NCBI GenBank assembly: GCA_022646745.1
Contig: CP060262.1
Location: 2,220,001 to 2,252,000 of the forward strand
DNA length: 32,000 nucleotides
Source: Planctomycetales bacterium
Lineage (GTDB): Bacteria > 4484-113 > JAFGCY01
Direction of reading: 5' to 3'
In this document: in pieces, positions 1 to 6,255 of the stretch
Layout of the letters: every line of letters starts with the position of its first letter
How positions within the stretch are numbered: the stretch's first letter is position 1
Position numbers and translations under genes: made by a program
The notes under the pieces: model-generated
Told to the model about the DNA's origin: nothing
Seen by the model: only the letters and a program-made list of their open reading frames with translations
The model's database searches: none

Positions 1-16
1 ATATTTTGCGCGCTGC

Positions 17-331
17 TCAGCGGCCCGTCATCCGGCGAAACAGCACCATCAGGCCGACGATCACGAACATCGCCGGGCCAAACAGGATGAGCAGCAGGTC
101 GGCGATGCGCTCCACGATCCAGGGTGTCGGTTCGTCATCCTCATCAGCCGGGCCGAAGATCGAGCTGACCGTCTCATAGCCGATCAGCCAGCCCAGCCAG
201 TGCTGGTAGAGGCTCTCTGAGGCGTCATCATCCCCGAGGCCATATCGGTCGGCGAGGCGCATGCCGAGCACCATCGCGATGCCGAAGCCGAAGTAGAGTG
301 CCACGAGGATTGCGGAAGCGCCGGTGCCCAC
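17..331 (-). CDS. hypothetical small membrane protein (104 aa)
   Basis: ORF with GTG start preceded by GAGAGG. Two hydrophobic segments flank an acidic loop. It lies 24 nt downstream of the preceding minus-strand ORF. No family recognised. Confidence 0.45.
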   Translation of the reverse strand: MGTGASAILVALYFGFGIAMVLGMRLADRYGLGDDDASESLYQHWLGWLIGYETVSSIFGPADEDDEPTPWIVERIADLLLILFGPAMFVIVGLMVLFRRMTGR

Positions 332-355
332 CCAGAGAGGATAACGGACGCCGGC

Positions 356-913
356 TCAGCGCAGCCTGGCCCCCGCGGCGATTGCAGCCTGGCTGATCTC
401 CTCTATCTCCGCATGGTCGGACAGTGGCAGGGTGACCGCCGGGCCGGCCATCTGGCGGATGTATATCCGCACGGCCGGCCGCCTGCCAAGCTGCACTGCC
501 TCCAGCCGGGTGATGTCAGCCAGCCGGATCTCGCTTTGGCGGCGCTTCTCACGAAAGGCCATCCGCCGGTCGGTCAGCACGGCGGACAGTCCACCACGCT
601 TGAGGATGATGACGTACACCACTGCGCCGATTGCCATGCAGATGGCAACGGAAATCGCGATCCAGTCACCCATGTCGCGTGTCCTGGCAACATGCTGGCT
701 GGATTGCCCGGCAAAGATCGTCCCGCTGGCCGCTGCGATCGCGCCGATCACCGCCGCGCCGTTGTTCTGCTTGCGCTTGCCGCCGCAGCAGGACCGGCCC
801 CAGCTGCGGAGGAACTGTTCACCGGGCTGCAGGCTGAGCCAGCCCGGGGGACCCTGGCCGGCCCCCCGGACTGCTGATGACAATGGTACTAATATCGACA
901 TTGCTTGCTCCAT
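356..913 (-). CDS. hypothetical membrane protein (185 aa)
   Basis: Minus-strand ORF 44 nt downstream of the SPFH gene with hydrophobic helices (AAVIGAIAAASGTIF, WIAISVAICMAIGAVVYVIIL). The overlapping plus-strand ORFs have shadow-frame composition. Start codon uncertain. Confidence 0.45.
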   Translation of the reverse strand: MEQAMSILVPLSSAVRGAGQGPPGWLSLQPGEQFLRSWGRSCCGGKRKQNNGAAVIGAIAAASGTIFAGQSSQHVARTRDMGDWIAISVAICMAIGAVVYVIILKRGGLSAVLTDRRMAFREKRRQSEIRLADITRLEAVQLGRRPAVRIYIRQMAGPAVTLPLSDHAEIEEISQAAIAAGARLR

Positions 914-957
914 CGGCCCGCTGAAACCGTTGCCAACGACGGGCCCGCGGCTGCTGA

Positions 958-2106
958 TCAGCCCTTGCCGCCCTGCGGCGGGTTGTTTGTCACATTTGCG
1001 TGGTGCTGCATGCCCATCGAGGCCATGCCGCTCAGCCCGCCGAGGTTCATGCTGTCAATTGCGCTGGAGGGCACGATCATCAGGCTGCCCTTCTCCTTGA
1101 GGCCCTCGAACAGCATGTTCATCGCACGCAGGTGCAGGGCGGTCGGGTTGTCAGCGTACTGCTCGGCGGCCTCGGCGAATGACTTGGCAATCTGCTTCTC
1201 GGATTCACCGAGGATCACACGCGCCTGGCGCTCACGCTCGGCCTGGGCCTGGCGGCTCATGGAGTCCTGCAGGTTCTGCGGGATGCGGATCTCACGGATC
1301 TCGACGGACTGCACGGTCACGCCCCAGGGCTCAGTGCGGCCGTCGATGATCTCCTGCAGCTGGGCGTCCAGCACGTCGCGGCCGACCAGCAGTTCCGCGA
1401 GCTGCGTCTTGCCGATCAGGTCGCGCAGGGCTGTCTGGGCAGCCCAGGTGACACTCTCCTCGAGCTTCTCCACCTCAAGCGCGGCCTTCTTGGCATCGTA
1501 GACCAGCCAGAACATCACGGCGTCGACATCGACGGGCACGGTGTCCTTGGTCAGCGTCTCCTCCGCCAGCAGGTCGGCAGTCTTGACGCGGGTGTCAATC
1601 CACTTGGCAACCTGGTCCACGAAGGGCACGAGGAAGAACATGCCGGCCTTGTAGGTGGCATGGTACTTACCGAGCTTGAGCACGATCACGTGGTCCCACT
1701 GGTCGGCGACCTTGAGGCAGGTCAGCATGATCATCGAAAGGATGAACAGCACGACGAAGGCCACGATGCCGAAGGCGATCGCGCCCAGCGCCAGGCCGGT
1801 GACGAGGCCCACCACGCTGCCAAGCAGCAGCAGGATGAACCAGAACACGGCGATCGGGTGGATCTTGCCGCTCTCCGAGGTGGCGGACTGGATGCCACCG
1901 CCGGTCTGAGGTATGTGAACGTATGTCATTGCCATCTCCTTTTGTCTGTTGTTTCCCCCGCCTGTGCGGAGACTTGCCATCTGCTTGCGCTTCTCCACCG
2001 AGACCGCGACAGCGATCATGATGACTGCAAAGGCGACAATCGCCGAAACCACAATCGCCGCCTCATCATCACCGCGCAGCAGCGCCGGTTGCCAGTAAAA
2101 GCCCAT
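958..2106 (-). CDS. SPFH/band-7 (stomatin/prohibitin-like) membrane protein
   Basis: N-terminal TM helices are followed by a typical SPFH core (VIVLKLGKY...FLVPFVDQV...TKDTVPVDVDAVMFW...ALRDLIGK...WGVTVQSVEIREIRIP...AERERQARVI). The ATG at 2106 lies 2 nt after the GntR stop, which suggests coupling. Alternative internal start near 1929-1935 behind AAGGAG. Confidence 0.85.
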   Translation of the reverse strand: MGFYWQPALLRGDDEAAIVVSAIVAFAVIMIAVAVSVEKRKQMASLRTGGGNNRQKEMAMTYVHIPQTGGGIQSATSESGKIHPIAVFWFILLLLGSVVGLVTGLALGAIAFGIVAFVVLFILSMIMLTCLKVADQWDHVIVLKLGKYHATYKAGMFFLVPFVDQVAKWIDTRVKTADLLAEETLTKDTVPVDVDAVMFWLVYDAKKAALEVEKLEESVTWAAQTALRDLIGKTQLAELLVGRDVLDAQLQEIIDGRTEPWGVTVQSVEIREIRIPQNLQDSMSRQAQAERERQARVILGESEKQIAKSFAEAAEQYADNPTALHLRAMNMLFEGLKEKGSLMIVPSSAIDSMNLGGLSGMASMGMQHHANVTNNPPQGGKG

Positions 2107-2108
2107 GC

Positions 2109-2507
2109 TCAGGCCTCCCGTCCGAGGATTTCCCCGGTCAGTTCCTGGATCTGCCGCGCGCTGTAGCCGAGGTTGCGCAGCTGGCGCACGGTCTCGCGCA
2201 GCTGCGCGATGCCGGGCAGTTCATCCAGGCCGTTGCCAGCGCTGCCCTCGTTCGGGTCGACGGCGAAGGTGCCGACGCCCCGCTTGCGCGAGAGGTAGCC
2301 CTCGCGCTCGAGGTCGGAATAGATCCGGCTGACGGTGTTGGCGTTGATCCCCAGCTGCAACGCCATGTCCCGCACCGTTGGCAGCTGCATGCCGCTGGGC
2401 AGCTTGCCACGGTCGATCAGGTACCTGATCTGGTTCTTCACCTGTACGTAAATCGGCACTTCGCTCTCCAGGTTCACGCGGATGGTGAGTTTCTCAGTGC
2501 TTTCCAT
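2109..2507 (-). CDS. GntR-family transcriptional regulator, short YtrA-like type
   Basis: Winged-helix motif VPIYVQVKNQIRYLIDRGKLPSGMQLPTVRDMALQLGINANTVSRIYSDLEREGYLSRKRGVGTFV with only a short C-terminal tail. Start chosen at MESTEK behind GGGAGGAGG; the tracked ORF extends to 2555. Confidence 0.85.
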   Translation of the reverse strand: MESTEKLTIRVNLESEVPIYVQVKNQIRYLIDRGKLPSGMQLPTVRDMALQLGINANTVSRIYSDLEREGYLSRKRGVGTFAVDPNEGSAGNGLDELPGIAQLRETVRQLRNLGYSARQIQELTGEILGREA

Positions 2508-2570
2508 GAATCCTCCTCCCGGCGGGACCGGTATCCATGGCTGGTTTCCTCGCAATGGTCAGCATGGCGA

Positions 2571-2753
2571 TCAGTCCAGTGGGCGCTTGAACCACATGTG
2601 GATGTAGGTGCTGCCGGATTCGACGATGCCGGTCAGCTCCCAGCCCTGCAGGCCGAGCTCGCGCAGGCTTTCATCGCAGGACTTGATCTTGGAGTTCTCC
2701 ACCTGCATGCGCAGGTACTCCCAGCGCGTTCCCTTTGTATCTGATCTGGCCAT
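2571..2753 (-). CDS. DUF4177-like small protein (60 aa)
   Basis: WEY...LRELGLQGWEL...FKRP pattern typical of DUF4177. GGAGGAG RBS lies 5 nt upstream of the ATG. First gene of the minus-strand operon. Confidence 0.7.
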   Translation of the reverse strand: MARSDTKGTRWEYLRMQVENSKIKSCDESLRELGLQGWELTGIVESGSTYIHMWFKRPLD

Positions 2754-2765
2754 TGTTCTCCTCCA

Positions 2766-2809
2766 CTAGACAAACGGTGTACTAGTGAACTAGGACAATA
2801 TTAACCTAG
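2766..2809. promoter_or_regulatory. candidate GntR operator: four symmetric CTAG half-sites around a TGTnCTAGT-N2-ACTAGnACA palindrome
   Basis: CTAG occurs at 2766, 2782, 2790 and 2806 (spacing 16-8-16), mirror-symmetric about 2787/2788. The core palindrome 2778-2797 overlaps the -10 and predicted +1 of the promoter above. Confidence 0.5.
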
Positions 2810-2826
2810 AAGATAGTGGAAGTCAA
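2798..2826 (-). promoter_or_regulatory. sigma70-like promoter of the DUF4177-GntR-SPFH operon
   Basis: On the minus strand: TTGACT (2826-2821), a 17-nt spacer, then TAATAT (2803-2798), about 45 nt upstream of the DUF4177 ATG. Confidence 0.65.
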
Positions 2827-2852
2827 GTGGATTTGCAGCTAAAGCCGCAAAT

Positions 2853-3410
2853 CAGGGAACAGGGAACTGGGAGCAGGGAACTGGGAACAGGGAACTGGGA
2901 ACAGGGAACTGGGAACTGGAGTGGTCAGTGGGCAGTGGGCAGTGGGCAGTGGGCAGTAGCTGCGACTTCCAGTCGCCGGGGAGAGGTTTAAGGTTGGAGT
3001 TTGGAGTGGGGAGGTGCGCAACTTGTTTGCGCACAATGGGAAGGGGTGGAGAAGGCAAAGGGCAGGAGCAGAAACAGAATCAGAAGCAGAAACAGAATGA
3101 GAAGCAGAAACAGAATGAGAAGCAGAATGAGAAGCAAGAGGATGCAGCAGCGCGCCCCGGGCGCGATTGGGAAAGGATGTGGCGAGGTGGGCGCGGCGTC
3201 GATGAAGACGGGCGGCGGTAATACCGCCGCCGGGATGGGGTGTTACTCCATCCCTATGTCATGCAATTGGCATGCATGGCAAACGCCAAGCTTACAGCTT
3301 GGCCTCCTGGCGGGACTGGCCTCCCTCCGTTGTCAGCTTTACAGCTGACCTCCCTCCGTTGTGCGACCTGCGCCGCACATCCGTTGTCAGACTGTCGTCT
3401 GGCCTCCGGG
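2853..3410 (+). repeat. mosaic intergenic element, copy A (modules a-b-c-d-e-f-g-h-k)
   Basis: Contains CAGGGAA/CTGGGAA x9 and GGGCAGT x4 heptamers, a GTAG hairpin (2956-2976) and GTTGGAG-type heptamers. It also has the hairpin GTGCGCAA-CTTGT-TTGCGCAC (3014-3034), an 18-mer GAAGCAGAAACAGAATGA array (3066-3140) and a CGCGCC/GGCGCG hairpin (3151-3165). The 54-nt double hairpin is at 3201-3254, GCCAAGC-TTACA-GCTTGGC at 3285-3303, and there are three TCCGTTG-hairpin units (3326-3410). Homologous to 5038-5205 and 6256-6745. Confidence 0.85.
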
Positions 3411-3455
3411 TAAAAAAATCCTCGCCCTGTCACCATTGTGACTCTCAGGCGAGGA
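3411..3455 (-). terminator. rho-independent terminator of the transglutaminase-like gene
   Basis: On the minus strand the stem TCCTCGCC...GGCGAGGA (3455-3448 / 3426-3419) is followed by a run of seven T (A-run 3412-3418 on the plus strand). Confidence 0.7.
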
Positions 3456-3549
3456 CTCTCGGGTGGTGCGCCGCACTGCCAACTGCAGTGCTGTGCCCGA
3501 TGCGGGCAGGGCTACACCTGCGGGAAGCAAGGACCTGCTTCCCGAAGGG

Positions 3550-4527
3550 TCAGAGGTCGCGGTAGCTGAAGTTTTTGTCAAAGCCGTCGCGGGCCTTGCC
3601 ATCCACTTCAACATAGGGGTAGATCAGGAAGTTCAGCGGTCCGTCCTGCACGCCGGGGATGGCGAGGTCACGGCCCATCACGAACTCGATGCGGTCGTTG
3701 TCAAGGTTGCCGAACAGCTCTTCACGGCGCTCCGGTGCCTTGGCGACCTCACTGGCGTCGATCGGGATCCAGCCCTCGCCGTCCACGTAGAACTCCGCCC
3801 AGCAGTGGTAACCGCCGACAACTCCCGCGGGGGCGTCATTCGGGATCGGGAAGCCCATCAGGAAGCGGGCCGGCACGCCGAGGCTGCGGCTCTCGCCGAT
3901 GAACAGGCTGTGGAAATCCGTGCAGTTGCCATAACGGGCATCGCAGGCCCAGGCAGCGTCACCGCGGCCCCAGCCATCACGGCTCTTGTCGTAGACGACG
4001 GTCGTGACGATGTTGTCATACAGCGCGCGGGCGATGCCGTAGTCGTCGGTCTGGCCGGCGGCGATGCGCTTCGCTTCATCGGCCACGTCACCCTCGAGCG
4101 AGACCATGTTGTCAGGCTTGAGGAAGCGGTCCAGCATCGAGGCGTCGGTGTCATAGCCGTTGGCATAGCCGTAGCGCTCGACCTGGTAGGTCACGTTGAC
4201 CGGCAGGCGGCCCTCGCTGTCCGGCTCGATCGCCAGCAGGTCAACCTGCAGGAAGCTGTTGCCGTACTCCGGGTCCTTGACCATCTCGTAGGAGAGGTCA
4301 CCGGCATCCCAGCCCAGCACCGTCTGGCGCTCATTGCTCGGCGGCACGGGGATCCAGACATAGGCCGACTGGGCTCCCTCGTCCACGGCGGGGATGAACA
4401 CGCCGTAGGTGAATTCCATCTTGCGCGGCTTCAGTGCGCCGTCCATCTCATCCTGCTGGGCCTGGGCCTGGCCGAGCAGTCCGATGGACAGTGCAAGCAG
4501 CGCAAGGGAAAGCAGCTTGCGTTTCAT
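3550..4527 (-). CDS. secreted transglutaminase-like (Cys-His-Asp) protein
   Basis: Signal peptide MKRKLLSLALLALSIGLLGQAQA. Transglutaminase-core motifs YGNCTDFHSLF ... GGYHCWAEFY ... WIPIDAS. AAGGAG RBS. The antisense ORF 3463-4554 is a shadow frame. Confidence 0.85.
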   Translation of the reverse strand: MKRKLLSLALLALSIGLLGQAQAQQDEMDGALKPRKMEFTYGVFIPAVDEGAQSAYVWIPVPPSNERQTVLGWDAGDLSYEMVKDPEYGNSFLQVDLLAIEPDSEGRLPVNVTYQVERYGYANGYDTDASMLDRFLKPDNMVSLEGDVADEAKRIAAGQTDDYGIARALYDNIVTTVVYDKSRDGWGRGDAAWACDARYGNCTDFHSLFIGESRSLGVPARFLMGFPIPNDAPAGVVGGYHCWAEFYVDGEGWIPIDASEVAKAPERREELFGNLDNDRIEFVMGRDLAIPGVQDGPLNFLIYPYVEVDGKARDGFDKNFSYRDL

Positions 4528-4644
4528 GCTTACTCCTTATATATATGGGATTAAACGGGACGTGTCCGGTCCCGGATAGTAATGTAGCCTACCGTCGGAC
4601 GCGATTTGTTGATTTAGTGTTCTCATTTGAGGAGAGGGCTGAGC

Positions 4645-5037
4645 ATGGAGCTGCAGAAATTCTGGAAGTACACGGTCTACAAGGAGGTGGAATTCGCCGC
4701 CTCGCATTTCCTGCGCGAGTACCACGGCAAGTGCGAGCACCTGCACGGGCACAACTACGTGGTGCGGGTCTACGTCAGCGCGAATGAGCTGGACGGCGAG
4801 GGTATGGTGTACGACTTCGTGAAGCTCAAGCAGGTGATGAATGATGTGTTCTACGAGCGCTTCGACCATAAGCACCTGAATAACATCCCGCCCTTTGACG
4901 AGATCAACCCTTCGGCGGAGAACATCGCGACCTGGATCGGCGAGCAAATGGGCGGCCTGCTGGACGACGGCCGGGTGCGGGTGACGGAAGTGCGGGTCTG
5001 GGAGACGGCTCGCAATGGGGCGATTTACAGGAGGTAG
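4645..5037 (+). CDS. queD: 6-carboxy-5,6,7,8-tetrahydropterin synthase (PTPS family)
   Basis: EFAASHFL...CEHLHGHNYVVRVYV...FDHKHLN motifs of QueD/PTPS. ATG at 4645 behind GAGGAGAGG; the tracked ORF starts at a TTG at 4627. Confidence 0.88.
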   Translation: MELQKFWKYTVYKEVEFAASHFLREYHGKCEHLHGHNYVVRVYVSANELDGEGMVYDFVKLKQVMNDVFYERFDHKHLNNIPPFDEINPSAENIATWIGEQMGGLLDDGRVRVTEVRVWETARNGAIYRR

Positions 5038-5205
5038 TTGTCAGTGGTCAGAGGTCAGTGGTCAGTGGGCAGTAGCGGCGGCTTCCAGCCGCCGGGGTAG
5101 GTTGGAGGTTGGAGGTTGGAGTGAGGAGGTTGGAGGATAGGCAGTAGGCAGAAGGTAGTAGGCAGAAAGCAGGGGGCAGGGGGCAGGGGGCTATGATGGG
5201 CAGGT
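5038..5205 (+). repeat. mosaic intergenic element, copy B (modules a-b-c-d), 24 consecutive heptamers
   Basis: Starts at the nucleotide after the queD TAG. Contains GGTCAGT/GGGCAGT heptamers, a GTAG hairpin (5072-5094), GTTGGAG x5, AGnnnGC heptamers and AGGGGGC x3. Colinear with 2923-3065. Confidence 0.85.
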
Positions 5206-5223
5206 CACATCGGGGAGTGGAAC

Positions 5224-6255
5224 ATGGACAGAAAGATATTCGTCGGGATGTGCTCGGCACTGCTGGTGCTTGTGCTGGTGGTGATCGGCATGCTGCTGTG
5301 GATGCAGCAGAAGGGTACGTTCAGCCTTGCCAACCTGATCCTGGCACCGCAGCAGCAGGATGCAATGCAGCTGCAGAACAGTTCAGACTGGCAGCTGCGC
5401 GAGGATGCGGTCTGGATGTACTACGGCATCGGCCAGCCGGTTGACGACGAACAGGCCGAGCAGATGCTGCGCCGGGGCTACGCACAGGGGGACATGCTGG
5501 CCGGTGGGCACCTGTACACCCTGCTGGTTGGTGCGGACGACGGACCGAACAGGCTGGTGGAGGCGGATGAGATCTTCTACGAGTCATACCCCGTCCTGTA
5601 CGAGCTGTCGGAGAATGGCAACGTGGAGGCCAGCTTCCTGCTGGCATGGATATACTTCGGCAGTGATGACCCGCAGTGGAGCGATTTCTGCCGGAACGCC
5701 GCCCGCAATGCGGCCCAGGCGCATTACGTTCCGGGCCTGCAGCTGTATGGCTACATGCTGCGGGAGGGCAAGCATGTCGAACGGGATCCGGCGGATGCCA
5801 TGCAGTGGTACCGCATCAGCGCACAGCAGGGCTGCATCTACGGACGGCTGGGAATGGCGGAGGTATATGCGGATGTGGACTACCCCAACTATGACGTGAC
5901 TGAGGCGCTGAGGATCCTCGACGAGGTGGTGCAGGAGGGGGAGCTCAGTGCACACAAGCAAATAGGCGAGATTCATGAACTTGGCAACGGTGTGGCGGTG
6001 GACCGTGAGCTGGCGCGCCAACACTATGAGCTGGCGATCGCTGATGGCGACGTGGAAGCACGGCTGAAGCTGGCGCGCTGCCTGCTGCGCAGTGATGCAC
6101 CGAGTGCCGCGGACATCGAGGAAGCCGCGGAGCTGTTGCTGCAGGTGGATGAACTGTGGTCGCTGGTACCGGAGGATCGCAGGGGTGATACGGATGAGCG
6201 CAAGCTGCTGGTGGAGCTGCAGGCGGAAGTTGAGAAGCTGGAAAGCGGGCAGTAA
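5224..6255 (+). CDS. Sel1-like repeat (SLR/TPR-like) protein with N-terminal membrane anchor
   Basis: Hydrophobic N-terminus (FVGMCSALLVLVLVVIGMLLW). Several Sel1-type repeats (AMQWYRISAQQGCIYGRLGMAEVYA; GNGVAVDRELARQHYELAIADGDVEARLKLARCLL). Confidence 0.8.
   Translation: MDRKIFVGMCSALLVLVLVVIGMLLWMQQKGTFSLANLILAPQQQDAMQLQNSSDWQLREDAVWMYYGIGQPVDDEQAEQMLRRGYAQGDMLAGGHLYTLLVGADDGPNRLVEADEIFYESYPVLYELSENGNVEASFLLAWIYFGSDDPQWSDFCRNAARNAAQAHYVPGLQLYGYMLREGKHVERDPADAMQWYRISAQQGCIYGRLGMAEVYADVDYPNYDVTEALRILDEVVQEGELSAHKQIGEIHELGNGVAVDRELARQHYELAIADGDVEARLKLARCLLRSDAPSAADIEEAAELLLQVDELWSLVPEDRRGDTDERKLLVELQAEVEKLESGQ

Noticed and set aside
2839-3348. ORFs running through the repeat elements (2839-3036, 2852-3058, 2928-3221, 3001-3348, 5048-5260, 6024-6614, 6092-6370, 9639-9875)
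   Set aside because: They translate microsatellites into low-complexity strings (QKQNEKQ, PVPSSLF and similar). They use weak alternative starts without an RBS. Homologous nucleotides in different copies are read in different frames, so there is no protein-level conservation.
3326-3410. Possible CRISPR array or integron attC sites, given short repeats alternating with variable segments
   Set aside because: The conserved part is only 7-8 nt and the variable parts are 16-19-nt self-complementary hairpins rather than unique spacers. The period is about 25-30 nt. There are no cas genes, no intI and no cassettes. The architecture fits REP-like units instead.
4528-4644. preQ1 riboswitch or queuosine operon context upstream of queD
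   Set aside because: No preQ1-I/II-like motif was recognised in the 117-nt divergent region, and no queC, queE or queF is adjacent. queD appears as an orphan, so any link to 7-deazaguanine DNA modification would be pure speculation.
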